From: a virus | Lineage: Duplodnaviria; Caudoviricetes | DNA length: 57,024 bases | Virus record (IMG/VR): IMGVR_UViG_3300048074_000019 | Span: 1-57,024 of that record | Direction: 5' to 3' (one strand) | Shown: positions 24,309 to 34,606 of the stretch, in pieces | Layout of the letters: every line of letters starts with the position of its first letter | Position numbering within the stretch: the first letter of the stretch is position 1 | Notes under the pieces: generated by a model | Seen by the model: the letters and a program-made list of their open reading frames with translations, nothing else | Databases searched by the model: none | Told to the model about the DNA's origin: nothing | Program-made: the position numbers and the translations under genes

Positions 24309-26027
24309 ATGGCAACCTCCTCGCAGTCCAGCTACAGTTCGTCGACGTCGGAGCCGATTGTCGTTCCGACCAAAGAGAACGACATCATCAACTCGATCTC
24401 GGCCGTGGCGTCCGGGCTGGCGAACCAGATGCTGAACTGGGCGAACGGGGTCTACGCCCAGACGTCGCAGATCACCAACCAGGCGGTCGGCAATTTCTTC
24501 AACGTCAGCCAACAGATGATGGGGCTGTCGAGCAACCTCACTGACCAGTACAACAACATCTTCGCGCCGCAGAACGCGTCCCTCGCGCGCGAGGCGGACA
24601 GCTACAACTCCGTCGCGCGTCAGCGGCTCAACATGGGCATGGCCGGTGCCACGCAGGCGCAAGCCGGCGACGCTGCGCTGCGCAACAGTGAAGAGGCCCT
24701 GCGCTCCTACGGTATCGATCCGTCGTCTGGCCGCTATGCCGCGCTCGACAAGGCCGCCGCCGTGCAGAACGCCGCGAATGTGGCCGGCGCGCAGAACATG
24801 CAGCGCGACCGCGATATCGCGACCGGACAGCGCCTCCGTAGCGAGGCCGTGCAGGTTGGCGCCATGCTGCCCGCGGCGATCGCGAACACGGCGAACACGG
24901 CGATCCAGGCCAACACCGGCGCCAGCAACGCGTCGCTTGCGAACGCGAGCGTCGGCCGCAACCTGATGTCCCTGCCGAACGATTTCCTCAAGACCGCGAT
25001 GGATGTGAAGCTCCCGCCGGTCGGACAGAAGTCGCAGAGTTCCGGCGGCAGCCAGGGCTTCTCGTCGTCGCCCAGCGGTGGCGGCGGTGGCGGTTCCGGC
25101 GGTGGCGGTGGCAGCCCTTACATCCCCAGCAGCGGCGGTGGCCAGACGTGGATGCCGCAGCACGGCGACGCGCAGGCGCAGCTTGGCCGCGGTGGAAGTT
25201 CACGATCGCAGGGTGGTGGCATTCGCGGCGGCTCCGCTGCGGGCATCTACAACCTGCAGCCATACAACGATCCGGATATGTGGAACGATCCGAGCGGGCA
25301 GAACTACGACTACCTGTCCGGCGTCGATCCGAACAGCTTCAGCTATGGTGGTAACGACTACTACCAGCCGGAAGAAGGCTACAACATGGGCGTCGGTCAG
25401 GCGGGCTATTCCGATGATCCGTTCAACGATTACTCGAACCCGTTCCAGGATCAGGGGTTCGGTCAGACGTGGGATTACGGTGGGCCGGATCAGACCTTCA
25501 CCGGCGGCGAGGGCGCGCGCGACACCCAGTGGGGTGACATCAACTACGATCCGTCGGCCAACGCGGTCGAGACCGGCTGGGATAATCTGTATGACACGCC
25601 GGTCGATACGGACTGGGGCAATGGCGCTGCAGCCTACCAGGACTACGGCAGCGGTGGCGGCTACACCGACTATGGCGGCGGGTCCTCGCAGAGCTATGAC
25701 ACGTACAGCCCGAGCAGTGATTTCTACGCCGGCGATTACTCCGGCAATTACGAAGACTACGGCGGTGTCTACGCCAAGGGCGGCCCGGTGCCTCCGGCCG
25801 GCGGCGGTCATGTGCCACAGTCGATGAGCCCGAGCGGCGGCCGACAGGTTGACGACGTGCAGGCGCAGGCTCCCGGTGGGCCGGCGCGTCTCAATGCGGA
25901 CGAGTTTGTGATCCCGCGGGATGTTGCCCTGTGGAAGGGTCAGGAGTTCTTCCAGAAGCTGATCGACCAGTCGCGCGCTCGACGAGTGACGGCGCCCGCC
26001 AAGCCCCAGATGCAGGCGATGAGGTAA
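24309..26027 (+). CDS. internal virion (ejection) protein
   Basis: A/Q/N helical N-half with YGIDPSSGRY; Y/D/G low-complexity tract; C-terminal YAKGG..DDV.A..RLNADEFVIP. Confidence 0.75.
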   Translation: MATSSQSSYSSSTSEPIVVPTKENDIINSISAVASGLANQMLNWANGVYAQTSQITNQAVGNFFNVSQQMMGLSSNLTDQYNNIFAPQNASLAREADSYNSVARQRLNMGMAGATQAQAGDAALRNSEEALRSYGIDPSSGRYAALDKAAAVQNAANVAGAQNMQRDRDIATGQRLRSEAVQVGAMLPAAIANTANTAIQANTGASNASLANASVGRNLMSLPNDFLKTAMDVKLPPVGQKSQSSGGSQGFSSSPSGGGGGGSGGGGGSPYIPSSGGGQTWMPQHGDAQAQLGRGGSSRSQGGGIRGGSAAGIYNLQPYNDPDMWNDPSGQNYDYLSGVDPNSFSYGGNDYYQPEEGYNMGVGQAGYSDDPFNDYSNPFQDQGFGQTWDYGGPDQTFTGGEGARDTQWGDINYDPSANAVETGWDNLYDTPVDTDWGNGAAAYQDYGSGGGYTDYGGGSSQSYDTYSPSSDFYAGDYSGNYEDYGGVYAKGGPVPPAGGGHVPQSMSPSGGRQVDDVQAQAPGGPARLNADEFVIPRDVALWKGQEFFQKLIDQSRARRVTAPAKPQMQAMR

Positions 26028-26030
26028 GAC

Positions 26031-26600
26031 ATGATCCCCCCGCGCTCGAACTTCGGTACCGACACCATTCAGCCTGCGCAACAGCCGCCGGGCACCGTGC
26101 GCGCGTATGCCGCCGGCGGCGCGATCGACACCGGTGAAGAGGACCTTGGGCCGCTGGGCAACACGCTCGGTGCTCAGCTTCAGCAGTCGCTCAGCCAGGC
26201 CATGCAGACTGTCGGCTCGGTGCTCAGCTACGGGCGCTCGCTCCACGGGCTCGGTGGTGAGCAGGAAGATGACCAGGCCGGTGCGATCGATACGGCGGGC
26301 GTGATGCCATCGACGCCGTTCCGTGAGACCCCGGTAGAGCGCCCGATGCCGCGCCCGGATGCCTACCCCCTGCCGCCGGGCCAGAAGCCGTTCGGTAAAC
26401 GCGTCGAGGGCGAGGGCTCGTTCAATACGGCGGGCGTGATGCCGGGCACTCCATTCCGTGAGACCCCGGTCGAGCGCCCGATGCCGCGCCCTGACAACTT
26501 CCCGCTCCCGCCCGGGCAAGTCCCGTTCGGTAAGCGCGTCAGCGAGGCCGAGCCCGAAGAGGATACGGCTGGCGCGATCGACACCGAGGAGACCGCGTGA
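26031..26600 (+). CDS. internal virion protein with internal duplication
   Basis: GAGGT SD; two ~38-aa repeats; GAIDT x3. Confidence 0.7.
   Translation: MIPPRSNFGTDTIQPAQQPPGTVRAYAAGGAIDTGEEDLGPLGNTLGAQLQQSLSQAMQTVGSVLSYGRSLHGLGGEQEDDQAGAIDTAGVMPSTPFRETPVERPMPRPDAYPLPPGQKPFGKRVEGEGSFNTAGVMPGTPFRETPVERPMPRPDNFPLPPGQVPFGKRVSEAEPEEDTAGAIDTEETA
26292..26541 (+). repeat. in-frame direct repeat, 135-nt period
   Basis: TAGVMPSTPFRETPVERPMPRPDAYPLPPGQKPFGKRV / TAGVMPGTPFRETPVERPMPRPDNFPLPPGQVPFGKRV starting at 26292 and 26427. Confidence 0.9.
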
Positions 26601-28141
26601 TGGCATTCGAAGACGAAGAAGACGTAACCGGCGCGATCGACACCGGCGAAGACAACAGTGGCATGGGCCCTGTTGCCGAAGCCTCGCAGGCTGCTCCTGA
26701 CAACAGCGGCATGGGTCCTGTTGTGCCGACCGCGGAGAGCCTAGCACCATCTCCGCGCACTCGGTCGCGCGACGTGGTCGATCATATCGTCGACGCTGGC
26801 AAGATGACGCCGGCGGAGGGCATCAAGCAATTCCCTGGCAACGCCAAGCGCATCGTCAGCTACCTGATGGGCGAAGGCGCCGTCGATCCGCAGACGCTGG
26901 AGCGCGCGGGCACCGAGGTTGATCCGGACGGCCGGATGAGCCCGGACGATCGCAATCTGCTCGCTGTGCAGGCGGCCAATGACAAGGCAGGACCGGAAGC
27001 GGCGTGGAAGCTCGTGCAGGCCAACCGCGTCGCCTACAACGCGAAGCAGGCGTTCGCCTACGCTGCGCTCAACGGCACGCCGCAGAAGCCGCCGGACCTC
27101 CGTGCGGCCGTGCAAGCTGCCAACCAGGCCGCGGGCCATGTGCTCGACGGGTCAAATGTGCAGTTCGCGCCCGCGGAAGGTGGCGTTACCGCCACGGTAA
27201 ATCGCCCCGGCAGCCAGCCGGAGCAGTACCAGCTTTCGCTCGATGCGTTCCGCAAATACCTGAACGTCGGCGGTGACGGCCAGTGGGATCGCGTCATGCA
27301 GACCACTGTGCCGAAGACCTTGGCCGCGTTGTCCCAGGACAAGGGACAGGGCGCACCGGGACGTGGTGCCACGCGGATGGATCAGTTGCGTCCGCTCCAG
27401 AAGGCGCCGCCGCAGGACAACAGCGAGAGCGACGCGTATACGCCGCCGGCTCCCACGACGAACTTCGGCAAGACGCCGTCGACCCTGAACCTCTCCGGTT
27501 CGGATGAGATCACGCGCACGCCGACTGCAGTCGAGGAGACCAACTACGGCTCCGAGCTTGAAGCGCGCGCCCGCCGCATGTTCCCCAGCATCTCGCAGGA
27601 GGAAGAGCGCAATCGCTGGATGGCGACCGAAGAGCAGCGGCAGGAAGGCGCACAGAACCGCGTCGACGTCGCGCGTGCCGGCGCCGAGGGCAAGGTGCAA
27701 GCGGCACAGGCCACCGGGCAGTCGCGTGAGAACGTGGCGAAGACCAACGCTGCCGGCCACGTCGCTACGCAGCAGGAGAAGAACAAAGGCTGGCAGTATG
27801 CAAGTGACACCAAGCTCAAGGCCGCACAGGCCCAGCTTGGCCAGCGCATCCGAGAGATGGAAGCTCGCAACGCCAACAACGACCAGACGCGCGCGTTGAA
27901 GGCGATCCAGACCAAGATGCTCTCGCTGCAGGCGCTGACGCCAGAAGAGCAGAAGTATCTTGACACGCTGCCTGGCGCTGGTACCGCTGGCGCGGCTGTC
28001 AATGCGCCCAATGCGGGAAGCCGGCAACCGGCGCCCCGACCGCAAGGTGGCTCCCAGCAGCCTCCCGTGCAGGGCGCAAAGCTTTATAAAGGGAAGTGGT
28101 ATACTCGTGGCCCGAACGGCGAGAGTGTGCCCGTCGAGTAA
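26600..28141 (+). CDS. internal virion (ejection) protein
   Basis: TGATG coupling; A/Q-rich coiled coil; position between ejection genes. Confidence 0.7.
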   Translation: MAFEDEEDVTGAIDTGEDNSGMGPVAEASQAAPDNSGMGPVVPTAESLAPSPRTRSRDVVDHIVDAGKMTPAEGIKQFPGNAKRIVSYLMGEGAVDPQTLERAGTEVDPDGRMSPDDRNLLAVQAANDKAGPEAAWKLVQANRVAYNAKQAFAYAALNGTPQKPPDLRAAVQAANQAAGHVLDGSNVQFAPAEGGVTATVNRPGSQPEQYQLSLDAFRKYLNVGGDGQWDRVMQTTVPKTLAALSQDKGQGAPGRGATRMDQLRPLQKAPPQDNSESDAYTPPAPTTNFGKTPSTLNLSGSDEITRTPTAVEETNYGSELEARARRMFPSISQEEERNRWMATEEQRQEGAQNRVDVARAGAEGKVQAAQATGQSRENVAKTNAAGHVATQQEKNKGWQYASDTKLKAAQAQLGQRIREMEARNANNDQTRALKAIQTKMLSLQALTPEEQKYLDTLPGAGTAGAAVNAPNAGSRQPAPRPQGGSQQPPVQGAKLYKGKWYTRGPNGESVPVE

Positions 28142-28150
28142 GAGTTCGAA

Positions 28151-31100
28151 ATGGCTGACGCAGTACCAGCGTTCGACGATATTCCGGCATTCGATGACAT
28201 GCCGGAGGCCGGCTCACCACAAAGTGAGAATGCGGTCCCGCGCTTTGATGATATCCCTTCCTTCGATGACCTTGACGACGAAAATTCCGGACGCGTTGCT
28301 GCTGAGGGTCCTCTTGCAACTGGAGTTCGAGAGGCCGCTCACGCTGTGGTCCCTGCCGGAGCCGGTCTGGTTGGGGCTGGACTTGGCGGCGCAGCCGCAG
28401 GCTTCCTCGGTGCAGGTCCCGTGGGTGCGTTCGTCGGCGGCGTCGCCGGCATGGTCGCCGGAAGCATGGGAGCCAACTACGCCCAGGAAGCAGCCCTCAA
28501 CACTCTCGGATTTGACGACAGTGAGCAGCGTGCAGCTAACGTTGAAGAGAACCCGAAGTCGGCGTTCGTCGGTGGACTAGCGCCTGCAGTCGCGACCATG
28601 AGCCCCAGCGTGGCCGGTGGCAAGGTTGCGCAGGTGCTACAGCGCGGCGCTGGCGGCGTGATGATGGGCGGCTTCGAAGCTGGACAGGAGTACCTGAATG
28701 AGGGCCACATCGATCCCGCAAAAACGGCAGCGGCAGCGGCGGTTGGCGCAGTATTCCCGGCTGTCAACCGCGTGGGTGAGAAACTCGTGGGCGCTGGGGG
28801 GAGGCTGGTTCCCGGCCGTCCCAACCGCACGGCTAATCCGGCTGCAGATCAAGCCCATGCCGACGTGGCGGATGCGACTGCAGACGTCGAGGTGGGAAAT
28901 AGCTCTCTCGCGCAGTCTCCGCATGTCGCCACGGGTGACACGACCGGAAATCCACAGTCGGCTCCACAGCGTTCTGAACGTGCCTACGGGAAGGACAAGG
29001 GACCGGTACCGCCCGAAGGAGACATGCTCACGCAAGGGCAAGCGGACCCTGCTACCGAGGCGGCCCTTGCGGCAACCAACCCGCCACCTCCGGCCGCCGC
29101 GGAAGCCAGTAGCCCCGTTCCTCCGGCCCCTGTATCTCCCAATGCAGCGAAGCCGCGTCTTTCGCTGAAGCCCAAACTTGCCGAGGAGCCCGTTGTCGAG
29201 GCGGGTATCCCGCAGCCTGGCGAGCCACTTGCCATGGGCGCCAACGATGCAGCGCCGGTCGCGCCGGGTACTCCGGAGCGCGCCGCGAAGGCGATCGCAC
29301 GCTCCAAGAAGGCGGCTGATCTATCCAAGGCATCCCCTGAAGCGCTCACCCCGGAGCAGACGGCGGCGCGCGCCATGCCGGAACTGAAAGGTGAGACGCC
29401 GATCAATGACAGCGTGACCGAAGCGCAGCGTGCCGCGGGCAACTACCCGAAGGCGCGCACGCACGATTTTGGCAAGCCCGTGAAGGTCGAGACCCACGCT
29501 GGCGACATCCGTCGCGGTAAGGGACCGGACGGCACGCCATGGGAGGTGGAGCTTCCCTACGACTATGGGTACTTCAACAAGACGAAGGGCGCCGACAAGG
29601 ATCACATCGACTTCGCGCGCCCTAAAGCCGGGTCGCCCGAACAAGGTGACAAGCACTTCATCATCGACCAGAAGAACGCCGAGACCGGCAAGTTCGACGA
29701 GCACAAGGTCTTCACCTATTACAAGGATGCGGACGCTGCTCGCGCGCACTACGAGAAGGGGTTCAGCGACGGCAAGGGCGGCGAGCGCCTTGGTGCGATC
29801 ACTGAGGTGACGCGTCCGGAGCTTGTCAAGTTCCTGGCCAAGCACACCTCAAGAGCATCTAACAAACCGTATGGCGCTCTTGAGAGCACGCAGACGCCAG
29901 AGCAACTGCGCGCGTCCACGCTTGAGGCAGCCGGTGTCCGGAAGCCGGTGAAGGAGCGCGCGGTCGTCAAGGATTTGGTGCAGAAGCTGGAAGCGCAGGG
30001 TAAGACCGAGGAAGCCCAGCGTCTCCTGGCGGCGCCGGACGAGCAGGTGGCGGCAGCGATCGAGGGCAAGCGCGTGCGCAAGTACGGCGTCGGCACAGGC
30101 GCCTCCGCCGGGTATCCGGTCGAGGGCGTGTTCAACGCTGAGGGTAAGCCGGTCACCGCCAACACCAAGGCGAAGGCCGCCGAGCGCGCAGCCGCGCACA
30201 AGAAGGTCGTCGACTGGTTTACGAAGACTGCCCCGAAGGACGCCGATAACGAGACCAACGGCGCGCTGCTGGATCGTCTCAAGCAGGCGGCTCCGAACAT
30301 CGAGGGCTGGAAGCCGACCCACAAGCCGAAGGAGTGGATGCTGGCACGCGAGGCCCAGAAGGTCCTCATGAAGCCGACCCCCGGCAACATCAAGAAATTC
30401 CGTGAGGCCGAGCGCTTGCTGCGTGGCGGCGACGAAGCCGTTGAGAATTACCGTGGTGGTAACCGGGTCGAGGCAGACATCGCGCAGAGCCGCCGATCGG
30501 GCGACGACGCGGTGGCCGCGGCCGAAGCCAAGCAGCATCTGCCCGGCACGAACGAGGCGGAGGACGCTATGATCGCGTCCATCGACGCCAAGCGGAAGGC
30601 CAAGTTCGACGTGCCGCACGAAGAAGCTGAGGCGATGGTCGAGCCGACGCCGGTGAAGACACGCGCCGATCTGAAGAAGCTGCCGCGTCGGACTGTCGAC
30701 GTGAAGGATAGCTCGCTGGCGAGTATCGATACCAGGGCGATCTCGAAGGACGTCCTGGACAAGGCGGCTGCGCGCAAGGCCGAAGCGGCGGCGCTCGCGG
30801 GTCGCAAGTCCAAGGAGGCCAACGTGCCCTCGGAAGAGCGCGCCGGCGGCGAGAAGAAACAGATCAAGATCAGCGACCCCGAGGAGACCAAGCGTCTCCT
30901 GGCGCTGTTGGAGAAGGCACAAGCGAAGCCCCACGGCATGGAAGCCCTCCCTGCCGAAGCGGAGCCGCGCGTCAGTCGGGGTGTGAAGGACCTGTTCGAC
31001 CACTTCGTCGCTGACGAGCGCGGCTCCCTGGACATCGGCAAGATCAAGGCCGACTTCGACCGTTGGATGTCCAGCGCGATGCAGCGCACAGAGCCGAAGA

Positions 31101-33331
31101 GCTATCGCGCGAAGACGCTGCGCTCGCCCCATGACGAGTACGTGCAGTCGTTGTCCGACGACCTGCACAAGATCAATCAGGTTGATCGCAACCACTTCAT
31201 CGGTGTGCTGGAGCGCCTGCGCGCCATGCCGAAGGAGCTTACCGATCCCAAGATGATGGAGCGCATCTATCACGCGCGAGATGCGGACAGCGCCAACTTC
31301 CCGCTGCCCGGCAAGCAGCCCGGCAAGACCAACATCGAGAGCCTGCCTCCGGAGATCAAGAAGCTCTACGATGAGCACCTGAAGCCGCTGCTCGATGAGA
31401 ACGACCAGTTCGTCGCGGCTATCCGTCAGATCGACCCTGACCGGATCGGTCCGGACGTGCTCAACCACATTGCGCGTATCACCAAGGGTGACACGGGCGA
31501 ATACAACATGCTGAAGAACAGCGATGACCCGACGCAGCCCACGTACAATGGCCTGTCGGTCAATGCGAACTCAGCCAAGCTGCGTAAGTTCTATGCGCTG
31601 GAGGGGGCCGACGGCCGCCGCCATGTGATCCAGCCGACGGATAATGGCTTCATCAAGTGGGACAAGTACAAGCGCGAGAAGATCAAAGACCCGTCGTTCG
31701 AGTTCGAGGACGGTAAGGGCTACAAGGCGGGGCCGAACTCCTACACGATGCGGCAGGCGACGACGCGCGAGATTATGGAGAATGCGCGCGGCGGCGATGG
31801 CACGTCCAAGCCGATGCAATATTACACCAACGCAGGCTTTAGCGCCGCGGTGTCCAACTCGCAACTGGCCTCGATGGCACGCCATCTGGGCGAGCTTCAC
31901 CGCATCACGAACACGCCGCAGTTCAAGAAGCTGTCGACGCGCAACCGTGCTACCGCTGAAGAGCGCGGCTGGGAAGAGAGCACGCTCCCCAACATGAAGG
32001 GGACGTTCCTGCATCCTGAGTTGAAGGCAGTGTTCGACGATTTCGCTGGCCACCCGCAAGGTGGCTACCGTAAGTTTAACAGCGCCGTCACCAAGCTCCT
32101 GTTCTGGATGCCGACCGCGCACATCAACAACGTGGGCGCGCACTGGTATGTCGGTCGCGGTTGGGACAACTTCTCGGTGCCGAAGAACATCCGCATGGTG
32201 ATCGAGGACGCCCCGCGCGCGATCAAGTCTGTGGTCAACCAGGATGAGTTCCAGATGGCGATGCGCCGTGAAGGTGCGGGCACCATCTACGGCAGTGTGC
32301 TCACGCGCCGGCTGCTGGAGCAGTACGCCAAGCGCCTGCAGATGGATATGGAGGAGAACCCGTCGAAGTGGGGGCCGATCGCCGACAAGCTCGGCGTGCC
32401 GCTCAAGGCACTCGGCCGGGCGGTTTGGGATACGTCATCCAAGGTGATGTGGGCGGCGAACGACGTCTTCCTCACGCAGCGGGTGATGGAGTTGATGCGG
32501 CACGGCAAGTCGATGAAGGACGCGATCATCGAAGCGGAGCGCGACATCCCGAACTACCGCATCCCGCATGTCATTGGCGGCAAGGGCGACAAGAGCCGCA
32601 TGTTCGCGAAGTTTCTGGGCGACCCGGCGATGACGGCGTTCGGCCGATACCACTATGGCATGTATAACTCCTATGCGAACATCTTGAAGGACGCCTTCAG
32701 CAAAGAGGCGACGCTTGGCGATCGCGTCGACGCTGCCGGCAAGCTGATGACCATGGGCTTCCTCGCGCTCGCGATCTACCCGATACTCGACAAGGGTGCG
32801 AAGTGGCTCACCGGCAACGAGGGCGCGAAGGCGGCCCGCCGCGGCCCGGTCACCATCCCGACCCATCTGGTCGAGGCGGCCGAAGGTAAACAAGATGTGA
32901 CCGCGTTTGTTCGGGGCTCCCTCACCGTGCCGCCGCTGCTCTCGGCTGCCCTTGGGGCGGCGGCCAACCGGGACTTCCGTGGCAAGCCGATCGTGGAGCC
33001 TGGCGACGTCCGTGCCGCCTTCCACGGCAGCGGGCCGGCGGCTGCGCGCGTTGTTACGCAGGGGGCAGAATACGCCGCCCGCGGGCTCGTAAGCCCCTAC
33101 AGCACCTTCGCAAATGCCGTGCAGAAGTCGGAGCCTGGCACCAACCCGCTGATCTCGGCAGGCAAGGCGGTGCGCGACACGGCCCTGGACATTAAGGACC
33201 CCAGCAAGAAGGCCGTGCGCTACGAGCGGATGATCCCGATCAAGACCAACCGGGACGCCATCAGCCGCTTCAAGCACGGCGGCGCTGGCCCGGCAGAAGG
33301 CCTGCTGAACAAGGGGACCGGATACCGATAA
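28151..33331 (+). CDS. large ejection / polyvalent protein with an inorganic pyrophosphatase-like (InPase) domain
   Basis: 1726 aa; N-terminal FDDxP repeats, Gly/Ala TM-like segment; TEAQRAAGNY.K...WEV..YDYGY..TKGADKDHID...DQ..TGKFDEHK. Confidence 0.8.
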   Translation: MADAVPAFDDIPAFDDMPEAGSPQSENAVPRFDDIPSFDDLDDENSGRVAAEGPLATGVREAAHAVVPAGAGLVGAGLGGAAAGFLGAGPVGAFVGGVAGMVAGSMGANYAQEAALNTLGFDDSEQRAANVEENPKSAFVGGLAPAVATMSPSVAGGKVAQVLQRGAGGVMMGGFEAGQEYLNEGHIDPAKTAAAAAVGAVFPAVNRVGEKLVGAGGRLVPGRPNRTANPAADQAHADVADATADVEVGNSSLAQSPHVATGDTTGNPQSAPQRSERAYGKDKGPVPPEGDMLTQGQADPATEAALAATNPPPPAAAEASSPVPPAPVSPNAAKPRLSLKPKLAEEPVVEAGIPQPGEPLAMGANDAAPVAPGTPERAAKAIARSKKAADLSKASPEALTPEQTAARAMPELKGETPINDSVTEAQRAAGNYPKARTHDFGKPVKVETHAGDIRRGKGPDGTPWEVELPYDYGYFNKTKGADKDHIDFARPKAGSPEQGDKHFIIDQKNAETGKFDEHKVFTYYKDADAARAHYEKGFSDGKGGERLGAITEVTRPELVKFLAKHTSRASNKPYGALESTQTPEQLRASTLEAAGVRKPVKERAVVKDLVQKLEAQGKTEEAQRLLAAPDEQVAAAIEGKRVRKYGVGTGASAGYPVEGVFNAEGKPVTANTKAKAAERAAAHKKVVDWFTKTAPKDADNETNGALLDRLKQAAPNIEGWKPTHKPKEWMLAREAQKVLMKPTPGNIKKFREAERLLRGGDEAVENYRGGNRVEADIAQSRRSGDDAVAAAEAKQHLPGTNEAEDAMIASIDAKRKAKFDVPHEEAEAMVEPTPVKTRADLKKLPRRTVDVKDSSLASIDTRAISKDVLDKAAARKAEAAALAGRKSKEANVPSEERAGGEKKQIKISDPEETKRLLALLEKAQAKPHGMEALPAEAEPRVSRGVKDLFDHFVADERGSLDIGKIKADFDRWMSSAMQRTEPKSYRAKTLRSPHDEYVQSLSDDLHKINQVDRNHFIGVLERLRAMPKELTDPKMMERIYHARDADSANFPLPGKQPGKTNIESLPPEIKKLYDEHLKPLLDENDQFVAAIRQIDPDRIGPDVLNHIARITKGDTGEYNMLKNSDDPTQPTYNGLSVNANSAKLRKFYALEGADGRRHVIQPTDNGFIKWDKYKREKIKDPSFEFEDGKGYKAGPNSYTMRQATTREIMENARGGDGTSKPMQYYTNAGFSAAVSNSQLASMARHLGELHRITNTPQFKKLSTRNRATAEERGWEESTLPNMKGTFLHPELKAVFDDFAGHPQGGYRKFNSAVTKLLFWMPTAHINNVGAHWYVGRGWDNFSVPKNIRMVIEDAPRAIKSVVNQDEFQMAMRREGAGTIYGSVLTRRLLEQYAKRLQMDMEENPSKWGPIADKLGVPLKALGRAVWDTSSKVMWAANDVFLTQRVMELMRHGKSMKDAIIEAERDIPNYRIPHVIGGKGDKSRMFAKFLGDPAMTAFGRYHYGMYNSYANILKDAFSKEATLGDRVDAAGKLMTMGFLALAIYPILDKGAKWLTGNEGAKAARRGPVTIPTHLVEAAEGKQDVTAFVRGSLTVPPLLSAALGAAANRDFRGKPIVEPGDVRAAFHGSGPAAARVVTQGAEYAARGLVSPYSTFANAVQKSEPGTNPLISAGKAVRDTALDIKDPSKKAVRYERMIPIKTNRDAISRFKHGGAGPAEGLLNKGTGYR

Positions 33332-33375
33332 TTAACCCTCGGCGACTTACTGTCGCGGTAATTCAGGAGCGCGTG

Positions 33376-33582
33376 ATGCCCTTCAAGAAGGTCGGCCCCA
33401 ACGACTACACCAGCCCCACCGGGCGCCATTTCAACGAGGCGCAAGTTCGCCTCTACCACGCTCACGGGGATCGTTTCCCTGGGCAGAAGAAGACGGAGAA
33501 GAACGATGGCAAGCTACGCAAAGGGGGAAGCCCCGCGGGACGCGGACTACGCCAAGGGCGGAGCAACGCTCGGTCGCGCTAG
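33376..33582 (+). CDS. small basic hypothetical protein
   Basis: AGGAG SD; MPFKKVG..YTSPTGR. Confidence 0.55.
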   Translation: MPFKKVGPNDYTSPTGRHFNEAQVRLYHAHGDRFPGQKKTEKNDGKLRKGGSPAGRGLRQGRSNARSR

Positions 33583-33775
33583 AGACTTCCTGAAGGAGCA
33601 CGTCGAGTTTCGTGATCCGTCGGAAGGCAAGCGCCAGAGCCCCGACGTCGTGGGCGACACCGCCGATGCCGATCAGAAGTATGGCAAGACCGGTGCCGGC
33701 AAGGGCAACGGGATGTGCGCAGCCCCCAAGGCGAAGGCGGACAAATGTCTACCCGTGATCAAGCCGCGCTCCTAA
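33506..33775 (+). CDS. small hypothetical protein with YAKG repeats
   Basis: GGAG SD; SYAKGE..DYAKGG. Confidence 0.65.
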   Translation: MASYAKGEAPRDADYAKGGATLGRARDFLKEHVEFRDPSEGKRQSPDVVGDTADADQKYGKTGAGKGNGMCAAPKAKADKCLPVIKPRS

Positions 33776-33838
33776 CGGAGTGTGAACATCTGTTTCCGAA
33801 GTTTCTCTGTGCTCGATGCAACCGCTTGGAGTTGAACA

Positions 33839-33985
33839 ATGCGCCGCCCTCAGCCCCAACCCCGGAAGCCCGGGAAGAACACGAACGTCACACCGTCGAC
33901 GCGGCGCCGGCGCTACCATCCAGTTGATCTCGAACCGATCGAGGTCGACATGGAAAACCCCGACTGGTTGGTGGGAGCGAACTGA
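33839..33985 (+). CDS. 48-aa hypothetical protein (not in the ORF track)
   Basis: Translated by hand: MRRPQPQPRKPGK...NPDWLVGAN*; GGAG SD; TGATG coupling to the next gene. Confidence 0.5.
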   Translation: MRRPQPQPRKPGKNTNVTPSTRRRRYHPVDLEPIEVDMENPDWLVGAN

Positions 33986-34155
33986 TGGCCCGCCCGCCCG
34001 TCGTACATATCGAAGATGGTGAATGGGTCACCATCGCGTGGAAGGGACAGCGCGAAAAGTGCTGCGACTGTAACCTGGAGCACACGGTCGACTATCAGGT
34101 GGTCGACGGCAAGCTCCAGTTCCGCGCCCACCGGATCGGGAAGAGACGGTCATGA
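33985..34155 (+). CDS. 56-aa CCDC..H putative metal-binding protein (not in the ORF track)
   Basis: MARPPVVHIEDGEWVTIAWKGQREKCCDCNLEHTVDY...*; coupled at both ends. Confidence 0.65.
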   Translation: MARPPVVHIEDGEWVTIAWKGQREKCCDCNLEHTVDYQVVDGKLQFRAHRIGKRRS

Positions 34156-34376
34156 GGTACATTGCGCCCCTCTTGATCTTGTTCAGCTTCGTTAGTTTCC
34201 TGGCCCCATCCGGGAAGCTGATCTGGGTCAACCGTGAAGCGGTGGTAGCCGTCGCAGAACCGGCCGCCTGTGCGCCAACCGCCCAGAGCCGGCTGCTCAC
34301 CAGCAATGGCTACATCTGCGTCCGTGAGAGCCTCCAGGAGGCCGTGGACAAGCTCATTGTGCAACCTGCACGATGA
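34152..34376 (+). CDS. FlbD-like small protein
   Basis: GKLIWVNREAVVAV...CVRESLQEAVDKL pattern; ATGA overlap. Confidence 0.5.
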   Translation: MRYIAPLLILFSFVSFLAPSGKLIWVNREAVVAVAEPAACAPTAQSRLLTSNGYICVRESLQEAVDKLIVQPAR

Positions 34377-34606
34377 CGTGGTTTCTGGTCTTTACCGCCA
34401 CGGTAATCGCCGACATCGTCTGGGCCGAGTGGGCCAAGGCGATCGCCGCACGCCATGCGGAGAAAAGCGCGTTCTACGCCGCGGGGATTATCGTGTGCTC
34501 GACCTTCGTCACTGCCGAGGCCGTGAAGGACCTCTGGCTGCTGATCCCAGCCTGCGCCGGCGGAGCGGCCGGCACGTGGTGGTCGGTCAAGCGGCAGGGG
34601 TCCTGA
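34373..34606 (+). CDS. small membrane protein
   Basis: Three hydrophobic helices, GGAAGTW; ATGA overlap. Confidence 0.6.
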   Translation: MTWFLVFTATVIADIVWAEWAKAIAARHAEKSAFYAAGIIVCSTFVTAEAVKDLWLLIPACAGGAAGTWWSVKRQGS

